A DNA stretch of 64,000 nt from Nitrospirota bacterium (GTDB lineage Bacteria > Nitrospirota > Nitrospiria > Nitrospirales > Nitrospiraceae). The notes below the pieces were generated by a model. It was not told where the DNA came from. It did no database searches and was given only the letters and a program-made list of their open reading frames with translations. Each line of letters opens with the position of its first letter. Position 1 is the first letter of the stretch. Shown piece after piece: positions 55,740 through 64,000 of this stretch. The position numbers and the translations under genes were made by a program. The stretch spans positions 1 to 64,000 of the forward strand of contig CAVPBK010000005.1 in the NCBI GenBank assembly GCA_963701855.1, written 5' to 3'.

Positions 55740-57941
55740 TCAAACGCGCCACAAATTCGCTTCAAACTCTGGACCGGGAACGAGGAAGGTCGCAGGCTTG
55801 TGATGCGGGTAGCGTGCGACTTCCAATCGATGTTCCAGCACTAGAATGGTCATGCGGAGTTCCTGCCCGGCTGTGAGCTGTAAGTCCTTGAACGGCACAG
55901 CCAGTTCGACAATCTTCCGATGGCAGATCGATTGGTAAGGGCCGATCTCCTGCCAGGATCCGCTTGCGAGTTTCTGCGACAGCAGAAACTGGTCTGGCCC
56001 TGACGGTACAAGGGGAAATGACATGCGATAGAGGTGTTCAGGCGTCTGTAACTGCAGCTCGACCGTGAGCCCTGCCTGGCGCGGTTGCGATTGCTCGTCT
56101 GGATCGAGCCGGAGATACAACTGATCAAGACTCCAGCCAAACTGGATATCGGTCAGTACCCCTTCGGATTTCCACATTGCGCCAAGCGGCGGCTGAGGAT
56201 TGATCCTGCCCGCTCCGCGCCACTCGAAAAAGTCGGTTGCCAGTCCGTCGATGGAAGGGTTCAGCAAGGCGAGCGGCGCCGTCACGAGATCTGCCTCCGG
56301 CATGCCGCGGGGACTAGAGATCGGCTGATTTAACAAATCCGGTGGAGTCAGTCCCGCGATCGTCCAGACGTTTCGAAGGTGAGTCCGGAAGAGCCGATCA
56401 AACTCGTCGTTGTAACCGCAATCAAAATCGTCTCCATACCACCAGAACCAATCGCTGCCTTCGGCAGCATAGAGTTCGTCCCAGGCGGCTTGTGCGCGAT
56501 CCGAGGGGAGGGTGGAAGAAATCTCGGCAAGACGGGACCGAGTCTGACTCACCAGGTCCCATCCCCGATTGTCTTCCTGGTGACCGATCCAGATCTTGTA
56601 GTCCTGATTGATCCAGGAGCCGGAATGGAGGTGGCTGACTCGATGTGTGGCCGGCGAGGCTTGGAGCGCTCCGGAGATCGTCGCGGTGGTAGAGCGAACC
56701 GCATCGCTATCGAGTGCACCGGTTGAACAGGCCTTGTAGAGGAGCGAGAGAAACTGTTCGCCCCCCTCGTGATAGTGTTCCCATGGGTTTTCCCCGTCGA
56801 GCACAATTGCGATAGTGACCTGGTCCTGCGGCGTGTCGTAAATGATTTTGCGCAGCCGGCGGAGGACATCTTCGGCGGCCATATCGGGAGTGGTTTTGTG
56901 GTAGACGAACCCAAAGGCATCGGAGATCTCCCGATCGCGAAACAGCATCGTGATGTCTTGGTCTTCCGCTCCGACCCGGTAGGGTTGATACAGATCCCGG
57001 TGGCGTTGCCACGGTTGCTGGGCCGCATCGAGTGAACGAGCGAGGATGCCTTCGTCGGTCGCCAGCCAGCGCAGTCCAACCTTCGGCAACATCGGAATCA
57101 ATTCTGGACAGACGGAGCCTTCCGACGGCCAGAGGCCTACAGGGGCTCGCCCGAATGTGGCGGTGTGAAACTCGACGGCACGTTGCAGTTGCATCTCTGC
57201 ATCTTCCGGCGCGTGGAATCGCGAAGGGAGCGGGAGATCCGGCCTGGCGCGTCGAGTGAAGTCCGTATCGATGACGAGCGGCAGGATTGGGTGAAAGAAA
57301 GGGGTTGTGGTGAGTTCGATTTGTTCCCGCTCCATCAATCGTCGATATTGCGGAACAATGTCTTGCACGGCGACGAGCTGGAGGGCTAACACTTCCTGTT
57401 TTTCTTCTTCCGTGAAGCCCCTGTTTTTCGCGCGCAGCGCAGCCAGGCGCGGATAGCGACTGACGGTGCCGTATCCGAACCAGGCGAGGTTGTGCCAGGT
57501 CTGCAAGTCCAGCAATTCCTGGATGGAAAACTGCCGCGCGATTCGTTCCAAGTCGCGACCATAGATGTCGGCACCGCGCTTCACGAGCAGTTCATGATAG
57601 CGAGGGTAGGGGCGCACCATCGTGGCCCAATTGGCGGAGAAGAAATGTCGGATGAGAAAGGCTTTTTCTTCCGGACGGAGGTCTGCCGCCGGACGCTGCG
57701 CATGTTCCAGAAAGAGGTCGCGCACCGTCCCTGATCCGATTTCATTCAGCTGTCGCAGGAGCGAGGGAGTAAAGTTGAACGTGGCTTTGATCGAGGGAAA
57801 CTTCTCCAGCCCATAGGCCATGTCGTAGTAGGCCTTGGTGGCATGGAGACGCACCCATGGCATACTGGCAGACCTCGCGACCGGGTCCGTGTAATAGGGT
57901 TGATGCATATGCCAGAGAAAACAGATGTGAGCGGTCTTCAT
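55740..57941 (-). CDS. Glycoside hydrolase family 57 (amylopullulanase-like)
   Basis: WHMHQPYY, HPILPL, GLWPSEGSV, LDGENPWEHY and AEGSDWFWW. Confidence 0.93.
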   Translation of the reverse strand: MKTAHICFLWHMHQPYYTDPVARSASMPWVRLHATKAYYDMAYGLEKFPSIKATFNFTPSLLRQLNEIGSGTVRDLFLEHAQRPAADLRPEEKAFLIRHFFSANWATMVRPYPRYHELLVKRGADIYGRDLERIARQFSIQELLDLQTWHNLAWFGYGTVSRYPRLAALRAKNRGFTEEEKQEVLALQLVAVQDIVPQYRRLMEREQIELTTTPFFHPILPLVIDTDFTRRARPDLPLPSRFHAPEDAEMQLQRAVEFHTATFGRAPVGLWPSEGSVCPELIPMLPKVGLRWLATDEGILARSLDAAQQPWQRHRDLYQPYRVGAEDQDITMLFRDREISDAFGFVYHKTTPDMAAEDVLRRLRKIIYDTPQDQVTIAIVLDGENPWEHYHEGGEQFLSLLYKACSTGALDSDAVRSTTATISGALQASPATHRVSHLHSGSWINQDYKIWIGHQEDNRGWDLVSQTRSRLAEISSTLPSDRAQAAWDELYAAEGSDWFWWYGDDFDCGYNDEFDRLFRTHLRNVWTIAGLTPPDLLNQPISSPRGMPEADLVTAPLALLNPSIDGLATDFFEWRGAGRINPQPPLGAMWKSEGVLTDIQFGWSLDQLYLRLDPDEQSQPRQAGLTVELQLQTPEHLYRMSFPLVPSGPDQFLLSQKLASGSWQEIGPYQSICHRKIVELAVPFKDLQLTAGQELRMTILVLEHRLEVARYPHHKPATFLVPGPEFEANLWRV

Positions 57942-57965
57942 GGTCGAATGTTATCCGATATGTGT

Positions 57966-58194
57966 CAGGAGGCTGAAAAAGTCCGCCAGCTTCGTTCTCG
58001 TCTCATCGAAATCCTCAACGGAGACCCGGCCGCCTCACCAACTCGGCGGCGCGCACGGACTTGGTGCTCCTTATTCGTCGCATCGTGCGCCCACGAGGGC
58101 ACGTCTCCGGTTTCGACTCGCCTGCGGCCTTGCTTGGGGCAACGCGCGTCTCGGCGCGCCGGGGTTGAGGGGTATGGCCTTTTTGAACCTCCAG
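57966..58194. repeat. MITE-like intergenic element, copy B
   Basis: TIRs CAGGAGGCTGAAAAAG and CTTTTTGAACCTCCAG. Shares CCGYCAGCNTCGTTCT and TTGCTWGGGRCAASGCGCGTC with copy A. Confidence 0.7.
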
Positions 58195-58320
58195 TGCGGT
58201 GCGTATCCTGTTGTTCTAGACGTGCAGGCCAGTTAACAACTGGCGTGTTTATATAGTCTTTCCGTAATCTGTCCGTTATAAGTATCGCATAGGGGTAGGG
58301 GATTGGGCGAGAACAAATCA

Positions 58321-58740
58321 ATGCGTGACGCAGCTCGGCAAGATGTGATGGCTCAAGTGTTTTGGTACTGGGCGCCGGTAGCGCTGTATGCCGGTATGAT
58401 TTTTTACCTGTCGGCCCAGTCGCACCCGGAAGAGCAGCTGCCATCGTTCTTGTTCAAAGACGTCAGCGATAAAGTCTTGCATGCGGTGGCATATGGTATC
58501 TTGTCCCTGCTCTGCTACCGGGCGTTTCGCTGGGCAGCGGGGCCGGCTGTCGCCCGGCAGGCGGTTGTGCTGGCGATCGTGACGGCCTCGGTCTTCGGCA
58601 TCACAGATGAAGTGCATCAATTCTTTGTCCCATTCCGTGAGTCGAGCTGGCTGGATTGGCTGGCCGATACAATCGGTGCAGCCATTGGGGCCATGAGTTG
58701 GCGATTCTTTTTGAGTGTCGGTCCACATCCCCGTCATTGA
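58321..58740 (+). CDS. VanZ family membrane protein
   Basis: DKVLHAVAYGIL, DEVHQFFVPFRE and DWLADTIG. Confidence 0.88.
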   Translation: MRDAARQDVMAQVFWYWAPVALYAGMIFYLSAQSHPEEQLPSFLFKDVSDKVLHAVAYGILSLLCYRAFRWAAGPAVARQAVVLAIVTASVFGITDEVHQFFVPFRESSWLDWLADTIGAAIGAMSWRFFLSVGPHPRH

Positions 58741-58825
58741 CACCCTCCCGCAGGGGGACTACCTTGCGCGAAGTGCTTGGCCTTTCGGGAATGTGTAGCC
58801 GGCACTCGGCAATGCTGCGAGCCCC

Positions 58826-59407
58826 ATGGACTCTGATAAGGAGGATGTGACGCTGGACGGTAAGATAGGTTATTCGTATCTGGTTCGACTCGGATTTCCC
58901 GGATTCATTGTTGCCGTAGGTCTTTCCTTGGTCGGCTGTCCTCAGCCGATACCCAGAGTTTCGATTCCCGGTTCAGATGCGTCTCCCCCGACCATGGCCT
59001 GGCAGACGTATAACATGCAGACAAAAGAGAGTGGAGCGATCGTAAAAGATGGCCAGTCAATCGACGTACCGTCCAGCGATCAATAGGTGTTGACGTTGCT
59101 CGTGGAAGATCCCAACAGCGGTGTGAAAGATGTCACCCTGAGCGGCAGCGTCCAGTATGTTTGCCAACAAAGTGGCCAGGTCGAGGACAAAAAGTTCCCT
59201 CTCGAAACGCAGGAAACTAAACCGACTCCCGACCAGGAGAACAAAGTGCCCATCAGAGCCTCACTTGTCTATGCCGTGGAATTCGGCAAGATGGGATGTA
59301 AAGAAAACTGGACCTTTGGCGGAGGGAAACTGTCTCTGGTAGGGAAGGCGCACAATTTCGTTGGCGGCGCTGAGACGAAGACGTTGCACGTTAATTTGAA
59401 GAAGTAA
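58826..59407 (+). pseudogene. Lipoprotein interrupted by a single in-frame TAG (59084-59086)
   Basis: Lipobox LVGC. ORFs 58826-59086 and 59087-59407 are contiguous in the same frame. Confidence 0.7.
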
Positions 59408-59721
59408 CGCGCAAGATGAATAAGGCCCTTGCTGTCGAGGGTCTTCCAATTCTCTCTATCACTCCTTAGAGGAGTGGCCGAGGCGAGCCTCCATCGCTCT
59501 CTTGACCGCTAGGGCTTTCTAAGATCCCCCTTGTAGGAGAGTCCAAACTACCCACGTCAGAAACCTCCCTTTGGAATTATACGGACTCAGGTCGATTTCC
59601 TGAATGATTTGAACTATTCTTGGACCGGTTCGAAATCAAATGTTTTTGACAACAGACAATCAGAGAACGAAGCGGGTGTGAACCTTTTCGAAATAGCCTG
59701 CCCAATGACTCGGGAAGAAGC

Positions 59722-60636
59722 ATGGTTGATCCCAACACGAGATTAGAACAGATTAGCCGTTGTCTGAATGGCCTCTCCATTGGTGATTGTCTCGGACACC
59801 TGCTCTTCACCATACCCGATTTGCGCCATCACCGTCGAGTGCCCGAGGGGATATGGACCTATACCGACGATACTCGCATGGCTTTAGCGATTGCGCACAA
59901 CCTCGCTCACCACGGCACTATCGCCCAAGATGAGTTAGCCAAGCGATTTGCTGAGGACTTTATAGCCCAACCCGAGCGAGGATATGGGGCCGTAGCCCAC
60001 TTCATCCTCCATCGAATCGCGTCGGGTATTCACTGGAAGCAGGCAAGCACTCTGGTCTACTCGGGCACTGGCTCAAAGGGCAATGGCGGAGCCATGAGAG
60101 CTACCGTAGTAGGCGCATACTTTTTTGACGACCTATCTTTGGTGGTTCAACAAGGCATCAAGGCGACTGAGCTTACCCATGCTCATTCTGAAGGGAAGGC
60201 AGGAGCCGTCGCTGTAGCAGTGGCTGCGGCATTAGCCGTCCGTGTGGCACTGAAGCAATGTGCCCCACGATCAGAAGAGCTGTTCAGTCAGGTTATTGAC
60301 TACACCCCACCCGGACAAGTCCGCCTTGGACTGCAACGGGCTGCCGAGCTGTTGGATGCCTCACCAAGGCACGCAGGCGATCTGTTGGGAACCGGTGTGC
60401 AGGTTTTGGCAGAAGATACAGTGCCGTTTGCACTCTGGTGTGCGCTGACGACGCTGCACAACTACGAGAATGCTCTTTGGAAAACATTCGATGCTCTTGA
60501 GGGACCTGAGAGCGACAGTGACACGTTGGGAGCGATTGTTGGTGGCATCGTAGGTCTGAGTGGGTATAGCACTATCCCCGCTCATTGGCGTCAGCGTTCT
60601 GAAGCCGTCGATTTTGGCCAAATGGGCATTGAATAA
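59722..60636 (+). CDS. ADP-ribosylglycohydrolase (DraG/ARH family)
   Basis: IGDCLG, YTDDT, RGYG, GNGGAMR, THAH and DSDTLGAIVG. Confidence 0.9.
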   Translation: MVDPNTRLEQISRCLNGLSIGDCLGHLLFTIPDLRHHRRVPEGIWTYTDDTRMALAIAHNLAHHGTIAQDELAKRFAEDFIAQPERGYGAVAHFILHRIASGIHWKQASTLVYSGTGSKGNGGAMRATVVGAYFFDDLSLVVQQGIKATELTHAHSEGKAGAVAVAVAAALAVRVALKQCAPRSEELFSQVIDYTPPGQVRLGLQRAAELLDASPRHAGDLLGTGVQVLAEDTVPFALWCALTTLHNYENALWKTFDALEGPESDSDTLGAIVGGIVGLSGYSTIPAHWRQRSEAVDFGQMGIE

Positions 60637-61351
60637 TCAAATGCCTCGGTAAGGAACAGATTTCAGAATCAGTTGTTTCCGGCACTCTTGGGCCAGACAA
60701 TAAAGCCTGCAATTTGTCTGTTGTTGCGAGATATCAAGTGCACAAGATTTTTGGAATGATGAAGACCACATTGTCTTTCAGCTAAGATTCGGTAAATTCT
60801 CTTTTTCTATTCCTTTCTGCGTCCATCCCCGCTTGCCTCGGTGAGTCTCTTCCTATAAAGAACTTCATGGTTATTGCACTGGTCCATCCGTCTCGCCGAG
60901 TGGTCCGTTTCCGGTTGGTAGCACCTACAGCACAGATTTCACAGTGGATCTGAACTCCCCCTATACTCCTAGCTCTGGAGTGGCAAACTTTGAGGGAGCA
61001 ATCAAATCTTTCACTTTCTCTGTTTTGAGATCGGGCTATTCATACTCCTCGGATCAACCGTCCACCCAAGGGGTGAGCATTACGCCGAATGCTCCGGGCG
61101 GTGACCTCATCTACTTCTACATGTCATTTCAGTTTTCCGGTGGCAGACAGCCTAATCTGTTGGCCAACTTTCAATTTATTGATCCGAATGGAACATTGAG
61201 AGCTAATCCAGATCTGTATGACCGGAAAGGGTGTGGATAAGTGTATGACTTTGCCGTAGACTCGCCCATAACGGATTGCTGAGATTGCCTGGCTATGCTG
61301 CATAGGTAGACCGCAGACTTACTAGTTCGTCAGATGCGGAGGAGAAGCGCG

Positions 61352-61873
61352 ATGAGAACACTGCTTGGAGCACTGCTTCTCGCCCTGATATCGGTAAATA
61401 CCAATTCGGTACAAGCGACAGGTGGAGCGGAGGACAACCTGAAGCAGAAAAATATCACACTGCCTCCGCCAGCCACGCCTGTTGCGAACTACGTTCCTGT
61501 GGTACGAGTCGGCAACCTCCTCTTCTTTTCTGGCTCAGGTCCCAGCCAATCCACCCCGAAGGGAAAAGTGGGAAAAGATCTTTCACTTGAACAGGGCTAT
61601 CAGGCAGCGCGTGCTACCGGGCTGAACCTTCTCGCCACGGCTCGGGCCACGCTGGGAAGCCTCGACAGGGTAAAAAGAATCGTGAAGGTCCTCGGCATGG
61701 TCAACTCCGCTTCGGGATTCACTGATCAGCCAAAGGTCATCAATGGCTTCTCCGATCTTATGGTCGAAGTCTTCGGTGAGGCGATCGGTAAGCACGCGCG
61801 CTCCGCAGTCGGTGTGGCCGAACTGCCCTTCAATATTCCAGTTGAGATCGAAGTGATTCTTGAGGTCGAGTAG
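61352..61873 (+). CDS. RidA/YjgF family protein with N-terminal signal-like sequence
   Basis: PVANYVP, VKVLGMVNS, INGFSDL, GKHARSAVG and PVEIE. Confidence 0.88.
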   Translation: MRTLLGALLLALISVNTNSVQATGGAEDNLKQKNITLPPPATPVANYVPVVRVGNLLFFSGSGPSQSTPKGKVGKDLSLEQGYQAARATGLNLLATARATLGSLDRVKRIVKVLGMVNSASGFTDQPKVINGFSDLMVEVFGEAIGKHARSAVGVAELPFNIPVEIEVILEVE

Positions 61874-62154
61874 GCATTTTACTGATTGTGCTCGACCAGC
61901 AATGTCTTCCTCAGGAACCAGCTTGCAGGGGGTTATTTCAGGCGCGGCTTGCTAGGCGATCGAAACTTGTGAGAATGGTGAATCCGCTCATGCATGGGTG
62001 GTTGCTCTGTCCTGCTCGCCTCGCTCAGTGGCTAGGGTCAGAAATGGTTGCCCTGGCCAGCTTCGGACGAGCCTGCTCGGCATGAGCTTCCTCAATCGGC
62101 TGGAAAGCTGGGAGGTTCGGGGTGACCAGCTGATGATGCGCGGCAAGCCATAGT

Positions 62155-62983
62155 TCAAAAAAGGCTCACGACAAAGCGCGCCGACACCAACAGTAGAAAT
62201 AACCCGAAGGCGATCTCCAGCTGTCGTTTCGACAGCCGGTGCGCCAGCACCGCCCCATAGGGGGCCGTGAAGCGTGAGACCGGCGCCATGATCGCGACGC
62301 CGAGCAGCGAGACGTCGCCAATCGAGAATGGCGGCAGCAGCGCCATCTTGGGCCAGCCCGCCAGGGCGAGGCCGATGGTGGCCGCAATCGCGATCTGCAC
62401 GCCGAGACTGGAGGAGGTTGCGACCGCGTTATGCAGCGGCTTGCCGTAGAACGGCTGGATCATGTTGGAGACCGAGCCGCCCGCCACGCCCATCAGCGAC
62501 GAGGTCAGCCCGATCAGAAAGCCAAAGCCGATCATCGCCGGGCGACCGGGAAAGTCGGTGGCGATGATCCAACTGTCGCGGCCAAACAAGAGCTTGATGG
62601 CGATGACCGTCATCGTCACCATGAACACGACCTTAAACACCGCGCTCGGCGCGAAATAGGCGATCACCGAGCCCCCCCGCGACACCGGCCACCGCCGGGA
62701 CGGCCCACTGCCTGATCACGTCGTTGAGTACCATGCCTTTGGCGCTATGCGTGAGGTAGGAGTGGATCGTGGTCGGGATGATGATCGCCATCGAGGTACC
62801 GACGCAGAGGTGCATGCGGACCTCCTCGGGCACGCCGAGGATTCGAAACATCTCGTACAGCACGGGCACGATGATGGCGCCGCCGCCGATGCCGAACAGG
62901 CCGGCGAGGATGCCGGTGGCGACTCCAGCAACCACGACGGCAGCAACGAGCAGCGCGATTTCGCCGAGTGGCATCCCCACCAC
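62155..62983 (-). CDS. Sulfite exporter TauE/SafE family, frameshifted at a G7 run (~62675)
   Basis: AGLFGIGGGAIIVP, GTSMAII, SLMGVAGGS and HNAVATSS across two frames. Confidence 0.8.
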
Positions 62984-63322
62984 GCTGTGACTCCATGAAG
63001 TGTGTCTTTCGATGCCGTGCGGCTGAAGATCAGCGACGAGGGGACGGTGCGATACAAGGCGGTGTCACCAACCCGTATCTTCTGTTGAGGCGTGCAGTGT
63101 ATTCGTGAACAGACAGAAATAGACGAAGATCATCTGGCCGCGCAATGCGCGATTTCCAACGTTCTCATCTCGCTGCCGTGGTGGTCCAAAATCCCCATTA
63201 TGTTCAAGAATCACAAGTGGCGGGAACCAAACGTTTTTAATGCGATACAGTGCAAGGTCCAAAACCAACAGTTTCTGGAAAGCTCTTCTCGTGAACCGCC
63301 ATCCCTAGGACAACTTGATTCT

Positions 63323-64000
63323 CTAATAGGCCCAAAATGGCCCAGCGCCGAGCACGGACGTTTTTCCACTGAGGCCGACATAGACCGTCCTGCCAAAAAA
63401 GAATGGCAGTCCCCAGTCAAACACCCCCGGAGAAAATGCTGGTCCGCCTATATTACTAAGGGCGGCATTCCCTGATTGTAGCAGGAGCGTGGGATCGACG
63501 ATCTGAAAACTGACTAGGCTTGACGGAGACCCTGATAACTCCGTGTTGACCGCCGAAAAGTTTAATGGAGTAGAAGGGCAGTATAGGAAAGATAAACTTC
63601 CGGAACACAGCGGGATCGACAACGACGAGTCACTGAAAAATATGACACTTGAGCCAGAATCGATGATCCCCATATTCTGCGTGCTGACGCCCTGGCTGGG
63701 ATGAAAGCGCGTCACGATTTGGCCCGATGAGTTGGTCGGCAACACCATGACCCCGGAAGGTTGATTGTTCGATGCTGTTCCGATGCCTAGGATGAGGGAA
63801 CCAGTCACGGAGGGGGATCCGCTGGCGGGCACAGATGGCAGGGCGACTAGAACCCCGTTGTTATCAACTGGCAGAAGTCCTATCGGATTCTGAACCTGTT
63901 GGGAAGCCGCGACGGCTACAGCAGCACAAGGGAGAGCCGCACAGGTGTAATAAGACCCGCTGTCGAACGGAAATAACCCAACACCCAAGATGCCATTGAA
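63323..64000 (-). CDS. DUF3443 family protein (aspartic-protease-like fold); 5' end outside the window
   Basis: QVQNPI..LPVDNNG, GSLILGIGT, IDSGS and FDWGLPFFFGRTVYV. Confidence 0.85.
   Translation of the reverse strand, partial: FNGILGVGLFPFDSGSYYTCAALPCAAVAVAASQQVQNPIGLLPVDNNGVLVALPSVPASGSPSVTGSLILGIGTASNNQPSGVMVLPTNSSGQIVTRFHPSQGVSTQNMGIIDSGSSVIFFSDSSLSIPLCSGSLSFLYCPSTPLNFSAVNTELSGSPSSLVSFQIVDPTLLLQSGNAALSNIGGPAFSPGVFDWGLPFFFGRTVYVGLSGKTSVLGAGPFWAY

Noticed and set aside
57843..58444. ORFs overlapping the GH57-VanZ gap
   Set aside because: They derive from the MITE-like repeat and are not credible proteins.
58740..58825. Riboswitch or ncRNA upstream of the lipoprotein
   Set aside because: It can form GC stems, but I recognise no conserved aptamer motif. 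An Rfam search would be needed.

Overview
Bacterial chromosome window, probably Nitrospira/Nitrospirota; this is inferred from gene order and protein style and was not verified. It has three zones. (1) 1-~29.2 kb is a heavily decayed accessory region. Two copies of a tRNA(Glu)-like 3' end (11400-11417 and 26488-26510) mark junctions of tandemly integrated, related islands. The eroded integrase reading frame runs across the att core, and the opposite island arm encodes a tail ending VEAA* whose stop overlaps the ATG of a stand-alone TSCPD gene. Cargo includes a large GSDH-PKD-Fn3-LamG protein with a 1.23-kb internal tandem duplication, a DUF1566 protein, an orphan RM controller protein with C-boxes, a GT2/GT-C glycosylation pair, a DUF4038 lipoprotein, four thermonuclease remnants and about a dozen IS elements or IS remnants (IS3, IS5, IS200, IS1182, ISAzo13). 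(2) 29.2-58.8 kb is core genome: pilU, pilT, bioF, mltD-like, class V aminotransferase, serA, hisZ, dnaB, TPR proteins, a sigma54-type pilin-ABC locus, DegT, a protease, ilvD, DnaJ-class chaperone, ttuA/ttuB-like, galT, GH57 and VanZ, with MITE-like and 9-mer hairpin intergenic repeats. (3) 58.8-64 kb is a second patch of accessory-looking genes (ADP-ribosylglycohydrolase, RidA, TauE, DUF3443). Many single-base frameshifts may be assembly errors. I saw no complete tRNA, rRNA, CRISPR array or reverse transcriptase.
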